Shown in pieces: positions 27,820-39,315 of a DNA stretch of 64,000 nucleotides (positions within the stretch are counted from its first letter, which is position 1; the number at the start of each line of letters is the position of its first letter). The stretch is from Acidothermaceae bacterium (lineage in GTDB: Bacteria > Actinomycetota > Actinomycetes > Acidothermales > Acidothermaceae): NCBI GenBank assembly GCA_036380925.1, contig DASVDW010000175.1, positions 55 to 64,054 on the forward strand, written 5' to 3'. Made by a program: the position numbers and the translations under genes. The notes below the pieces were generated by a model. The model had not been told where the DNA came from. It saw only the letters and a list, made by a program, of their open reading frames with translations, and did not search any database.

Positions 27820-29111
27820 TCGCCGCTGAAGACCGGTTCAAGACCGCTGCCGCGGCGACCCCGCTGATCGGCGGCTCGACCGCGGCCCAACTGTCCTTGG
27901 ACGCGCACCTGGCCGAGCACGGTTCGCTACCGACGTTGTCGGCTCGCGACGTCGTCCAGTTCGCCAAATGGGCCGGGCTCACCGGTCATGGTGGCGCCGG
28001 GTTTCCGTTGTGGCGCAAGCTCGATGCGGTCGCTCGCTCGCGCGGCCGAGCCGTTGTCGTCGGCAACGGCGCCGAAGGCGAACCGGCGAGCGGCAAGGAC
28101 CAATGGCTGCTCACCCATCGTCCGCACTTGGTGCTCGACGGCTTGCAGCTCGCCGCCCAAGCCGTCGGTGGAAGCGACGTTTTCCTTTACGCGAACGAAC
28201 TCCTTCCGCTCCGGCAGTTGAGCCGAGTGATCGCCGAACGTGACAGGGCGCAGATGGATTCCCGCTCGGTCGAGGTCGTCGCGGCGCCTGACGCTTTCAT
28301 CTCCGGCGAGGAGTCGTCGGTGGTCAGCCACCTGTCCGGCGCCGTCGCCTTGCCGCGGTTCAAGCAACCACCTGTGTTCGAGCGAGGAGTGCGCGGCCGT
28401 CCGACGCTGGTCAGCAATGTCGAGACACTGGCGCACCTGGCGTTGATCGCGCGGCACGGTCCGGATTGGTTTCGCCGTCGCGGCACTTCCGAGCAGCCGG
28501 GCACCATGCTGTTCACCGTCACTGGCGCCGTGGCAAACCCAGGCGTCGTCGAGGCGCCGCACGGCGCCCGACTCGCCGACGTCATCGACCTCGCCGGTGG
28601 CGCCACGAGTCGGCTGCAAGCGGTTCTGATCGGCGGCTATCACGGGGCCTGGCTGTCGCCCGACGTGGCGGCGCGGGCGCGTGTGTCGGCCGCCGACCTG
28701 GCGCCGGTTGGGGCGTCGCCCGGCGCCGGCGTCGTGGTCGCGTTGGGCGAACACGCCTGCGGCCTCATGGAATCCAGCCGAGTGCTTGGCTATCTCGCCC
28801 GCGAAGCGGCTGGCCAATGCGGGCCATGCCTGAACGGATTGCCACGAATCGCTGAGCTTTCTCACGCGTTGGTGACCCGGGCGGCCAACCCGGCGGCGGT
28901 CGCCGAGTTGCATCGGGTGGCCGGCCTGATCGAGCGTCGCGGCGCTTGCCACCATCCCGACGGGAGCGTGCGCTTCTTGCGCAGCGCGTTGCGCGTCTTC
29001 TGCGCGGAGCTGGAGCTGCACCATCGCGGCCGCTGCTCCCGAACCACGGACGACGCTGTGCTTCCGACGCCCCGCCGTAGCGTCCGTGACCTGCCGCGCA
29101 CGGGCAGTTGA
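27816..29111 (+). CDS. NuoF-like NAD(P)H/FMN/Fe-S protein (complex I 51-kDa subunit homologue, stand-alone)
   Basis: 431 aa. GHGGAGFPLWRKL and VVGNGAEGEPASGKD parallel NuoF GRGGAGFPTGMKW and VVNADESEPGTCKD. C-terminal GQCGPCLNG...RGACHHPDG parallels the N3 cluster region (ESCGKCTPCREG...FCALGDGA) but lacks the first Cys. Confidence 0.85.
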   Translation: MIAAEDRFKTAAAATPLIGGSTAAQLSLDAHLAEHGSLPTLSARDVVQFAKWAGLTGHGGAGFPLWRKLDAVARSRGRAVVVGNGAEGEPASGKDQWLLTHRPHLVLDGLQLAAQAVGGSDVFLYANELLPLRQLSRVIAERDRAQMDSRSVEVVAAPDAFISGEESSVVSHLSGAVALPRFKQPPVFERGVRGRPTLVSNVETLAHLALIARHGPDWFRRRGTSEQPGTMLFTVTGAVANPGVVEAPHGARLADVIDLAGGATSRLQAVLIGGYHGAWLSPDVAARARVSAADLAPVGASPGAGVVVALGEHACGLMESSRVLGYLAREAAGQCGPCLNGLPRIAELSHALVTRAANPAAVAELHRVAGLIERRGACHHPDGSVRFLRSALRVFCAELELHHRGRCSRTTDDAVLPTPRRSVRDLPRTGS

Positions 29112-29122
29112 GGAGATCCACC

Positions 29123-29362
29123 GTGAGCCCGAAATCAACAAAGACCGGGCCCTCCGCACGGCGAACCGGGCCCACGCTCGCGATCGACTGGACGGCGTGC
29201 GATGGTCGGGGTTTGTGCGCCGAACTCCTGCCGGAGCTGATCAAGCGCGATGACTGGGGTTTTCCGTTGATAGCGGACGACGCGGTGCCCGCGCACCTCC
29301 TGGCGTTCGCCGAACGAGCCGTCGACGTCTGTCCCACACTCGCGCTCAGGCTGGGTCGGTAA
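29123..29362 (+). CDS. small ferredoxin
   Basis: GTG 29123 lies 7 nt after GAGGAG (alternative TTG 29108 overlaps the upstream stop). IDWTACDGRGLCAELLPE...VDVCPTLAL is a CxxxGxC...CP single-cluster ferredoxin pattern. Confidence 0.75.
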   Translation: MSPKSTKTGPSARRTGPTLAIDWTACDGRGLCAELLPELIKRDDWGFPLIADDAVPAHLLAFAERAVDVCPTLALRLGR

Positions 29363-30417
29363 TGCGGAGGATGCGCCTCTTCGCACACCCGGTCTTCGCG
29401 GTCGCGATCCTCAGCGCCGTGGGGTTGTTGTCGGCCGCTTGTTCGTCGCACCCGGCCAAGCGCACAACCACGCCGTCGGCTGGCTCCTCGGGCGTCTCAA
29501 CGGCGGTCCCGTCGGCGCCTCCGCCGGCCGACGCGTCGTCATCAGCGCCGCCGGTCGCCTCCTCCGGCGGCACAACCGCCTCGACACCGACGCCGGGCCG
29601 ACCCGACGCCGCACGGCCGTGCGGCGTCGCGTCGTCCGGGGTGAAGGTCGAGCACGTCATCTGGATCTGGATGGAGAACAAGCCGCTGTCGGCGGTGGTG
29701 GGGAGTTCGAGCGCGCCGTACGAAAACGCCCTGGCACGGCGATGCGGATCGGCGGCCGACTACCACGGGATCACGCATCCGTCATTGCCGAATTACCTGG
29801 CGGCGACCGGCGGGTCGACGTTCGGAGTCTCTGACGACAAGAGCCCGTCGGCGCACCGCATCGGCGGCGCCTCGATCTTCAGCCAGCTCGACAGCGCGGG
29901 CAAGTCGTGGCGCGCGTACGTGGAGTCAATGCCGCAAAACTGCGCGACTTCGGCCAGCAGCCCGTACGCGGTGAAGCACAATCCTGCGGCGTACTACACC
30001 GCGCTGCGGCCGTCGTGCGAGCGCAACGACGTGCCGTTGGAGAACAACCTGCAGCGCGACATCGGCGCGGGCACGCTGCCGTCGTTCGCTTTCATCACGC
30101 CGAACCTGTGCAATGACACCCATGACTGCCCGGTGAGCACCGGCGACCGTTGGCTGGCGGGCTGGATACCGAAGATCCTCGACGGCGCCAACTACCGGGC
30201 GGGCGACACCGTGGTGGTGCTCACCTGGGACGAAGGCAAAGGGTCGAGTAATCAGATCCCCACCGTGGTGATCGCCCCCAAGGTGAAGCCGGGTGCACGG
30301 GTGTCGGAGCGGCTCGACCACTACGGGCTGCTGCGGGGCACCGAGGATTTGCTCGGCCTCCCGCCGCTCGGCAAAGCAGCCACCGCGCCGTCGTTCGCCA
30401 CTGCCTTCGGCCTCTGA
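29362..30417 (+). CDS. phosphoesterase-family (AcpA/PLC-like) lipoprotein
   Basis: 351 aa. Lipobox LLSAACSS, Pro/Ser/Ala linker, then [29 protein letters not shown] and VVLTWDEG motifs of the phosphoesterase family. The ATG overlaps the ferredoxin TAA by 1 nt. Confidence 0.8.
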   Translation: MRRMRLFAHPVFAVAILSAVGLLSAACSSHPAKRTTTPSAGSSGVSTAVPSAPPPADASSSAPPVASSGGTTASTPTPGRPDAARPCGVASSGVKVEHVIWIWMENKPLSAVVGSSSAPYENALARRCGSAADYHGITHPSLPNYLAATGGSTFGVSDDKSPSAHRIGGASIFSQLDSAGKSWRAYVESMPQNCATSASSPYAVKHNPAAYYTALRPSCERNDVPLENNLQRDIGAGTLPSFAFITPNLCNDTHDCPVSTGDRWLAGWIPKILDGANYRAGDTVVVLTWDEGKGSSNQIPTVVIAPKVKPGARVSERLDHYGLLRGTEDLLGLPPLGKAATAPSFATAFGL

Positions 30418-30451
30418 GCGCGGACGACGCCGTCCTGGGAGAATCGGCGGC

Positions 30452-31771
30452 ATGAGCGCGCCATCCACGTCGTCCGAGCGGCTGTTCGACCGCGCCCAAC
30501 TGGTGACTCCGGGCGGGGTCAACTCGCCGGTGCGCGCGTTTCGCGGCGTGGGCGGCACGCCGCGATTCATGGCTGGCGGCCACGGGCCCTATCTCGTCGA
30601 CGTCGACGGCAACGAGTACGTCGACCTGGTCTGCTCGTGGGGGCCCCTGGTGCTGGGCCACGCGCATCCCTCGGTCATCGACGCGGTCGCCGCGGCGGCT
30701 GCGAAAGGAACCAGTTTCGGCGCGCCCACACCCGGCGAGGTCGAACTCGCGGAGGAGATCGCGCGCCGGGTGGCGCCGGTCGAGCAGCTGCGGCTGGTCA
30801 ACTCCGGCACCGAGGCCACCATGAGCGCGGTGCGACTGGCCCGCGGCTTCACCGGTCGGGCCAAGGTGGTCAAGTTCGCCGGTTGCTATCACGGGCACGT
30901 CGACGCGCTGCTCGCCAGCGCGGGGAGCGGCGTCGCGACCCTCGCGCTGCCCGACACCCCGGGCGTCACGGGCGCGCAGGCGAGCGACACGATTGTCGTG
31001 CCGTACAACGACCTCGCCGCTGTTGAGGCGGCGTTTTCCCGATACGGCGACGACATCGCCTGCGTGATCGCCGAAGCCGCCGCGGCGAACATGGGCGTGG
31101 TCCCGCCGCGCGACGGGTTCAACGCCGCACTGCGCGACATCGCACATCGGCATGGCGCGCTCTTGATACTCGACGAGGTCATGACCGGATTTCGGGTTTC
31201 GGCGAGCGGTTGGCACGGCATCGAAGGAGTCGACGCCGACCTGTTCACCTTCGGCAAAGTGATGGGCGGCGGCCTTCCGGCGGCCGCGTTCGGCGGCCGC
31301 GTCGACGTCATGCAGCGGCTTGCGCCAGCGGGGCCGGTGTATCAAGCGGGCACGCTCTCGGGGAATCCGCTCGCCACCGCGGCCGGTCTGGCCACCCTGC
31401 GAGCGTGCACGGCCGACGTCTACGCCCATATCGACGAAACCGCTGCCACCGTTGGGAAATTGGTGAGCTCGGCGTTGAGCGAGGCCGGCGTTGAGCATCG
31501 GTTGCAGACCGCGGGCAGCCTGTTCTCCTTCTTCTTCACCGACTCCGAGGTCCGCGATTACGACGCGGCACGGGCGCAACAGGCCTGGCGCTATCCGCCG
31601 TTCTTCCATTCCCTGCTGGAAAGTGGCGTCTACCCGCCGCCGTCGGTGTTCGAAGCGTGGTTCGTCTCAGCCGCGCACGACGACGCCGCGGTCGAGCGGA
31701 TCGCGGCCGCGTTGCCGAAGGCGGCCGCTGCCGCCGCCCGAGCGTCCAAGCCTCAGGAGGCGTCCAGGTGA
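30452..31771 (+). CDS. hemL: glutamate-1-semialdehyde 2,1-aminomutase
   Basis: ATG 30452. [35 protein letters not shown] and [10 protein letters not shown] (PLP Lys) motifs. Confidence 0.95.
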   Translation: MSAPSTSSERLFDRAQLVTPGGVNSPVRAFRGVGGTPRFMAGGHGPYLVDVDGNEYVDLVCSWGPLVLGHAHPSVIDAVAAAAAKGTSFGAPTPGEVELAEEIARRVAPVEQLRLVNSGTEATMSAVRLARGFTGRAKVVKFAGCYHGHVDALLASAGSGVATLALPDTPGVTGAQASDTIVVPYNDLAAVEAAFSRYGDDIACVIAEAAAANMGVVPPRDGFNAALRDIAHRHGALLILDEVMTGFRVSASGWHGIEGVDADLFTFGKVMGGGLPAAAFGGRVDVMQRLAPAGPVYQAGTLSGNPLATAAGLATLRACTADVYAHIDETAATVGKLVSSALSEAGVEHRLQTAGSLFSFFFTDSEVRDYDAARAQQAWRYPPFFHSLLESGVYPPPSVFEAWFVSAAHDDAAVERIAAALPKAAAAAARASKPQEASR

Positions 31772-32403
31772 GCACCCGCACCGTCGTCCATCTCGTGCGG
31801 CACGGCGAGGTCGACAACCCCACGGGGATCTTGTACGGGCGGCTTCCTGGTTATCACCTGTCGGAGGCTGGCGTCTTGATGGCGAAACGGGCGGCCGCGT
31901 GGCTGGCGGATCGCGACGTCGTCGCCGTCGTCTCGTCACCCCTTGAGCGGGCTATCGAGACCGCGACCCCGATCGCCGAGACGGTCGCGCTGCCCATTCG
32001 CGAGGACGCGCGGCTCATCGAGGCGGCCAACCACTTCCAGGGCCGCACCTTCGGCGTCGGCGACGGCGCGCTGCGGCATCCCGGAAACTGGTGGCACATC
32101 CGCAACCCGTTCCGACCGTCGTGGGGGGAACCGTACGAGGAGATCGCCGCGCGCATGCTGGCCGCGGTGGCGGACGCCCGCGCGTCGGCGATCGGCCACG
32201 CGGCGGTGTGCGTGAGCCACCAGCTGCCCATCTGGACCGCCCGGCGGAAGATCGAGCGCAAGCGGCTCTGGCACGACCCGAGGCGTCGGCAGTGCGCGCT
32301 CGGCAGCGTCACCAGCCTGGTATTCGACGGCGACGCTGTCGTCGAGGTTCGCTACCACGAGCCGTCGGGCGCGGCAGGCGCGGGCGAGGTCGGCGGCGCC
32401 TGA
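31768..32403 (+). CDS. histidine phosphatase (phosphoglycerate mutase-like) family protein
   Basis: GTG 31768 overlaps the hemL stop (GTGA). VHLVRHGEV is the RHG catalytic motif, with VSHQLPI downstream. Confidence 0.85.
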   Translation: MSTRTVVHLVRHGEVDNPTGILYGRLPGYHLSEAGVLMAKRAAAWLADRDVVAVVSSPLERAIETATPIAETVALPIREDARLIEAANHFQGRTFGVGDGALRHPGNWWHIRNPFRPSWGEPYEEIAARMLAAVADARASAIGHAAVCVSHQLPIWTARRKIERKRLWHDPRRRQCALGSVTSLVFDGDAVVEVRYHEPSGAAGAGEVGGA

Positions 32404-32509
32404 GAGTTCTCTGGGACGACGCTGGGAAGCCGCGGGCGGGCCAGCCGGTTCGAGCCCTCCCGCGTCGGAGGGCGCCTCGCTCGACAGGCAGAATGGGCGG
32501 CGCAGTCTG

Positions 32510-33160
32510 ATGATGGGAAGTCACCTCGTGCCGGTCGCGCGCTCCTTTCGCATGATCGCGACGGTCGCCGCCTCGTCGCTCGCGTTCGGACTGGCCGGCT
32601 GCGCGACGTCCAACGGCAACGCGGCCACCACGGGCGACACCCGATACGTCGTGAGCGGCGCGGGTGTGGTGACCACATACGCGATGGGGCATCGCAAACT
32701 CGCGCCGGACATCTCCGGAACCGACCTCGACGGCCAGCCGCTGAGCCTCGCGCAGTTCAAGGGCCGCGTCATCGTGCTCAACTTCTGGGCGTCGTGGTGC
32801 CCGCCGTGCCGGGCCGAGGCGCCGGCGTTGCAGGCGGTGTCGACCCAGACCAAACCGCTGGGGGTGCAGTTCGTCGGCGTGGACATAAGGGAGAACGGCC
32901 CGACCGACGGCAAGGCGTTCGTCACCAACTACGGCATCGACTACCCGAGCTTCGCCGACCAGTCGGCGAAGATCGCGTTGCGGTTCCGCAGCAGCGGCGT
33001 GGTGCCGCAGACGCCTCCAACCACCCTGGTGATCGATCGCACCGGGCACATCGCGGCGCGCGGCCTGGGCGAGATGCGGGTCAACCAGTTGAAGGCGCTG
33101 GTGGAGGACATTGCCAACGAGCCGACTGACGCTTCGGGTGCCGCGGCGGGGTCGTCATGA
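32510..33160 (+). CDS. TlpA/ResA-family thiol:disulfide oxidoreductase lipoprotein
   Basis: Lipobox FGLAGC. The WASWCPPCRAE motif is a thioredoxin-fold CxxC. Precedes ccdA-resB-ccsB. Confidence 0.88.
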   Translation: MMGSHLVPVARSFRMIATVAASSLAFGLAGCATSNGNAATTGDTRYVVSGAGVVTTYAMGHRKLAPDISGTDLDGQPLSLAQFKGRVIVLNFWASWCPPCRAEAPALQAVSTQTKPLGVQFVGVDIRENGPTDGKAFVTNYGIDYPSFADQSAKIALRFRSSGVVPQTPPTTLVIDRTGHIAARGLGEMRVNQLKALVEDIANEPTDASGAAAGSS

Positions 33161-33936
33161 TGGCGAACGCGTCGGTCGCGACGTCCTTCCAGGACACCGT
33201 GCTGTCGGGATCGTTGCTCCTCGCGCTGCCCGTGGCCGCGATCGCGGGCGTCGTGTCGTTCCTGTCTCCCTGCGTGGTGCCACTGGTTCCCGGCTATATC
33301 GCGTACGTCACTGGGCTGTCGGGCGCCGACCTGGACAGCGCCGGCCGACGTCGGTTTGGGCGGGTGCTCGCCGGCAGCTTCTTGTTCGTGCTCGGATTCT
33401 CCGTCGTGTTCGTGTCGTTCGGCGCGCTGTTCGGCAGCGTCGGGGCGACCCTGAAGGAGCATGTTGACGTTCTCGACCGCGTGCTCGGAGCGTTCGTGAT
33501 CGTCTTCGGCTTGGCGTTCATGGGCCTGATTCCGGGGTTGCAAAGGGAGTTCCGCTTCCACCGGTTGCCGGTCGCCGGAATCGCCGGGGCGCCGATACTC
33601 GGCGTGTTGTTCGGAGTCGGCTGGACGCCGTGCATCGGCCCCACGCTGGGCGCCGTGCAGTCGCTGGCGCTGGCCGACTCCAACGCGACGGCGACGAGGG
33701 GCGCGGTGCTCACGCTCGCGTACTGCCTTGGGCTGGGCGTGCCGTTCATGTTGGTGGCGTTGCTGTTCCGTCACGCGCTCGGCGCGCTCGCGGTCGTGAA
33801 GCGGCATTACGCGCTGGTCACGCGGGTTGGCGGCGCGTTGCTGGTGGCGGTGGGGATCTTGTTGGTGACCGGTTGGTGGGCGGACTTCGTCGGCCAACTG
33901 CAGAACACCATCAACGGCTACTCGACGGCGGTGTGA
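33157..33936 (+). CDS. ccdA: cytochrome c biogenesis protein CcdA (thiol-disulfide transporter)
   Basis: 259 aa polytopic protein. SFLSPCVVPLVPGY and WTPCIGPTLG are the two conserved Cys motifs of the DsbD/CcdA family. Confidence 0.9.
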   Translation: MMANASVATSFQDTVLSGSLLLALPVAAIAGVVSFLSPCVVPLVPGYIAYVTGLSGADLDSAGRRRFGRVLAGSFLFVLGFSVVFVSFGALFGSVGATLKEHVDVLDRVLGAFVIVFGLAFMGLIPGLQREFRFHRLPVAGIAGAPILGVLFGVGWTPCIGPTLGAVQSLALADSNATATRGAVLTLAYCLGLGVPFMLVALLFRHALGALAVVKRHYALVTRVGGALLVAVGILLVTGWWADFVGQLQNTINGYSTAV

Positions 33937-35609
33937 TGAGCGACACGCACACCGACGTCGAAGAGACCGCCCTCAGCCCGGAGGTGTCGAAGCTCGACAC
34001 CATCCCGGAGGCGCCCGACGAGTACGGCACCCGGCAACGCGCGCATCGCACGCCGGGTGGGTCGGCGCTGTCGGCGCTGCGTTGGGCGTGGTATTCGCTC
34101 ACCTCGATGCGCACCGCGCTCATCTTGTTGTTCTTGCTCGCGCTCGCGTCGGTGCCCGGCTCCATCCTTCCGCAGCGCGGCGGCAGCGATCCGCTCCGGG
34201 TAAGCCAGTACTACGCCGACCATCCGACGCTGGCGCCGATCCTGGACCATCTCGGATTCTTCAACGTCTTCGGTTCGGTGTGGTTCGCCGCGATCTACCT
34301 GCTGCTGTTCATCTCGCTGGCCGGCTGCGTGTTGCCGCGCAGCCGCCGGCATCTCAAAGCGATGCGGCTGCGCCCCCCGGCCGCACCGCGCAACATCTCG
34401 CGGTTGCCGGTCGCCACGTCGTGGCAGACCGACCACATCCCGGACGACGTGCTCACTCGTGCCCAGGAACTGCTGCGCAGCAAGCGATTTCGCGTCGCCC
34501 GCACCGCGTCGTCCGGCAACGCCGCGTCGTCCAGCGGCACCGCGTCGTCCGTCAATGCGGAGAAGGGGCACCTGCGGGAGACCGGCAACCTGCTCTTCCA
34601 CCTTTCCCTGCTCGTGGTCCTCGTCGGTATCGCGGTGACGTCGGTCTTCGGCTTCAGCGGCAGCGTGCTGGTGAAGGAACGCGACGGCTTCAGCGACACC
34701 GTCATCAACTACGACTCGTTCTCACCGGGCCGGTTCGTCGACGTCGCGAAGCTGCCGCCGTTCTCGTTCACCCTCGATGATTTCCGCGCCACGTATCACA
34801 GGGGTGGACCGGCGAACGCGGACGCCGACAGTTTCGAGGCGCACGTCAGTTGGCAGCCCAACCTCGACGCCGACCCGCGCGGCTACACGATCACGGTGAA
34901 CCATCCGCTGAGCACCCAGGGGACGAACGTTTACCTCGGCGGTCACGGATACGCGCCGCGTTTCATCGTGCGCGACGGCTCCGGTCACACGTTCGACGAA
35001 ATGATCCCGTTTTTGCCGCAGAAGGGGACCTTCCAATACCAGGGCGTGGTCAAGCTTCCCGACGCCAAGCCGAGCGAACTCGGCATCACCGGGTTCTTCT
35101 TGCCGACGGCGGGTGTGAACCCGGCGGGCGGCATGCCGATCTCGGTCTTTCCCGCGGCCGACAACCCGGCGGTGGTCATCGGGGTGTTCGCCGGGGACCT
35201 CGGGCTGAACGACGGCGTGCCGAAGTCGGTCTACTCGCTGGACACCTCGAAGATGACGCGGCTGCTCGCCACCACCATGCGGCCGGGGGACACCGTCGCG
35301 TTGCCAAACGGCGAGGGCACGATCACATTCGCGGGCTTTGGCGAGTGGGCCTCGTTCAACATCACCCACGATCCGGGCAAGCCCGTCGTGCTCGGCGCGG
35401 TGTGCGCCACCGTCCTCGGCCTCGTGCTGTCGCTGTCGATCCGCCGCCGTCGCGTGTGGGTGCGCGCTGGCGCGGATGCCTCCGGGCGTACCTTGGTCGA
35501 AGTCGGCGGCCTGACCCGCACCGACGCCGGCGGCGGATTCGACGAGGAGTTCAACCGAATCGTCAAAGCACTGCAAGCGGCGGCCCCGCCGACCGCGCCG
35601 GAGGCATGA
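33936..35609 (+). CDS. resB: cytochrome c biogenesis protein ResB/Ccs1
   Basis: ATG 33936 overlaps the ccdA stop (TGATG). LTSMRTALILLFLLALASVPGSILPQR N-terminal signature, large extracytoplasmic domain, and a C-terminal TM helix. Confidence 0.9.
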   Translation: MSDTHTDVEETALSPEVSKLDTIPEAPDEYGTRQRAHRTPGGSALSALRWAWYSLTSMRTALILLFLLALASVPGSILPQRGGSDPLRVSQYYADHPTLAPILDHLGFFNVFGSVWFAAIYLLLFISLAGCVLPRSRRHLKAMRLRPPAAPRNISRLPVATSWQTDHIPDDVLTRAQELLRSKRFRVARTASSGNAASSSGTASSVNAEKGHLRETGNLLFHLSLLVVLVGIAVTSVFGFSGSVLVKERDGFSDTVINYDSFSPGRFVDVAKLPPFSFTLDDFRATYHRGGPANADADSFEAHVSWQPNLDADPRGYTITVNHPLSTQGTNVYLGGHGYAPRFIVRDGSGHTFDEMIPFLPQKGTFQYQGVVKLPDAKPSELGITGFFLPTAGVNPAGGMPISVFPAADNPAVVIGVFAGDLGLNDGVPKSVYSLDTSKMTRLLATTMRPGDTVALPNGEGTITFAGFGEWASFNITHDPGKPVVLGAVCATVLGLVLSLSIRRRRVWVRAGADASGRTLVEVGGLTRTDAGGGFDEEFNRIVKALQAAAPPTAPEA

Positions 35610-35652
35610 GCGCGCGGCGAGGCGAGCGCGCAAGGAGCACAGGAGGAGCACC

Positions 35653-36708
35653 GTGCCGGTGGACGTCGGACTGGCCAGGTTGTCGAACGACCTCATCGCG
35701 GGCGGCATCGTCGGCTACTCGATCGCCTTCCTCGGCTTCGCGCTTGACGCGGCCTTCGGCGAGGGATTCGACAAGCGTTCGTCGGCGGCGGCCAAGCCGG
35801 CCGCGGTCCCCGCGCAGGCGCCCGCCTTGGTCGGGGCCACCGCCGCTCGCGCGCCACTTGGGCCCGGCGCTGACGATCCTCTCGCCGACGAACCCCGGGT
35901 GACCGGAGCCGCCGGCGGCTCGCCGTCGTCCGAGAAATTCAAGCTGCCACGGCGAATCGGGCTGTTCGCGGTCGGTTGCACCATCGTCGGATGGTTGCTT
36001 GAAGGCGGCGCGATCCTCAGCCGCGGGCTTTCGGTGCGCCGGTTGCCGTGGGGCAACATGTACGAGTTCACCTTGGCGCTGACGTTCGCCGCGGTCGGGG
36101 CGTTCTTGGTGATCTTGACCAGGCAGCGCGCGCGGTTCCTCGGCGTCTTCTTGATGGCGCCCGTGGTGCTCGCGCTCGGGCTGGCCGTGTTGGTGCTGTA
36201 CGTGCCGGCCGCGCCGCTGATGCCAGCGCTGCACTCTTACTGGTTGGCGATCCACGTCTCGGCGGCGATCCTGGCCTCGGGCGTCTTCATCGTCGGCACC
36301 GCGGCGACGGTGATGTTCCTCATCGCCGACCGGTACGCCTCGGCCAGCGCGGCAGGCAAGCCGGTCCGGTTCGCCGCACTGGCGCGGATGATGCCCGAGC
36401 GCGACGTCCTCGACCGCACGGCTTACCGGGCGTACGCGTTCGCGTTTCCGATCTGGACGTTCGCGGTCATCGCCGGCGCGATCTGGGCGGAATACGCGTG
36501 GGGTCACTACTGGCAGTGGGATCCCAAGGAGACCTGGGCCTTCATCACCTGGATCGTGTACGCGGGCTACTTGCACGCGCGGGCGACCGCGGGTTGGCGC
36601 GGCCGCAAGGCGGCGTACGTGGCGATGCTCGGCTTCGCGACCATCATCTTCAACTTCTTCATCGTGAACATCTTCATCAGCGGGATGCACTCCTACGCCG
36701 GCATCTGA
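35653..36708 (+). CDS. ccsB: c-type cytochrome biogenesis protein CcsB/ResC
   Basis: GTG preceded by AGGAGG. WGHYWQWDPKETWAFITW is the WWD heme-handling motif. 351 aa polytopic protein. Confidence 0.9.
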   Translation: MPVDVGLARLSNDLIAGGIVGYSIAFLGFALDAAFGEGFDKRSSAAAKPAAVPAQAPALVGATAARAPLGPGADDPLADEPRVTGAAGGSPSSEKFKLPRRIGLFAVGCTIVGWLLEGGAILSRGLSVRRLPWGNMYEFTLALTFAAVGAFLVILTRQRARFLGVFLMAPVVLALGLAVLVLYVPAAPLMPALHSYWLAIHVSAAILASGVFIVGTAATVMFLIADRYASASAAGKPVRFAALARMMPERDVLDRTAYRAYAFAFPIWTFAVIAGAIWAEYAWGHYWQWDPKETWAFITWIVYAGYLHARATAGWRGRKAAYVAMLGFATIIFNFFIVNIFISGMHSYAGI

Positions 36709-36824
36709 CGCCCGCCGCCCCGGTTGATCACGTTAAGGACGTGTACGGGTCCGAGGACAGGCCTGTGGAGGTGTCCTCGGGCGTGTTCGCCGCACGAGGG
36801 ACGGCGGCGTTTGTCAGCCGACAC

Positions 36825-36872
36825 GTAATCCGCGTTTTACACGCCGGGCCGATCATGTAATCCACGCGTAAC
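36825..36872 (+). promoter_or_regulatory. two putative GlnR boxes upstream of amt
   Basis: GTAAT-ccgcgt-TTTAC (36825-36840) and GTAAT-ccacgc-GTAAC (36857-36872). Both fit the gTnAc-n6-GaAAc architecture known from Streptomyces/Mycobacterium amtB promoters and lie 24-71 nt upstream of the amt ATG. Confidence 0.4.
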
Positions 36873-36895
36873 AGCGGCCCGCCATTCTTGCGCCC

Positions 36896-38556
<1,661 letters not shown>

Positions 38557-38641
38557 CTCGCCTGCCGGCCCCGCCGGTGATCACGCAGAAATGTGCTGTC
38601 CCGCAACCCGTTGGTGACCCATTTGTGCCGACTCGACATCC

Positions 38642-39280
38642 ATGGGCTGCCATCATGCGTTCGTGTGGCGACTCGTGGGGGAGGCGAGCCCCCGATGGCG
38701 CGCGCCGGTGGTCGTCGTGCTGACGGCGGTGGCAGTCCTGCTGGCGATCGTCGTCGTCCAGATGATTCGCAACTACCCCTATAGCGCGGGTTCGCCGGCG
38801 GTGCGGGTGACGGTGGCCGGTGGCTGTCCGCAGTCGCTCGGCCAGGCGGTCGACGTCAACAACCCCGGGCCGACTTGGTGGCACGAACTGTGGCACCGCG
38901 ACCGCCTTGCGTTAGCTGGCGCCACTCGGGGCCTGGTGTGCGTCTACGGACAGGATGTCAACGACGCGGCGCCGACCCTTCGGTGGCACGCCGTCATGTC
39001 GGCCGACCAAGCGCGCGCCGTGTCGTCGGCCGCGCACGGCGTGAGCACCAAGCGGTCGCGCGGCACTTTCCATTGCCCCGCTCAGCTGTTCGGGACCGTC
39101 GCCATCGTCGTGCTCGGCTACCCGAGTCAGCCGGACAACGACATCTGGTGGGACTACACCGGCTGCCAAACCGTCGACAACGGCCACGTTCAGGTGTCCC
39201 AGGGGGCCAACGCGTCGTTCGGCGACTTCCAGTCGGCGGTTAGCGCACCGGTGCCGAGCGCACCGCTGCCCGGGCATTAG
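38642..39280 (+). CDS. membrane-anchored hypothetical protein
   Basis: 212 aa. One N-terminal TM helix (VVVVLTAVAVLLAIVVV) followed by a Cys-containing extracytoplasmic domain; no family recognised. Confidence 0.5.
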   Translation: MGCHHAFVWRLVGEASPRWRAPVVVVLTAVAVLLAIVVVQMIRNYPYSAGSPAVRVTVAGGCPQSLGQAVDVNNPGPTWWHELWHRDRLALAGATRGLVCVYGQDVNDAAPTLRWHAVMSADQARAVSSAAHGVSTKRSRGTFHCPAQLFGTVAIVVLGYPSQPDNDIWWDYTGCQTVDNGHVQVSQGANASFGDFQSAVSAPVPSAPLPGH

Positions 39281-39315
39281 GCGGGCCAACCCCGCGGCAC
39301 GGGATACTGATCTCC

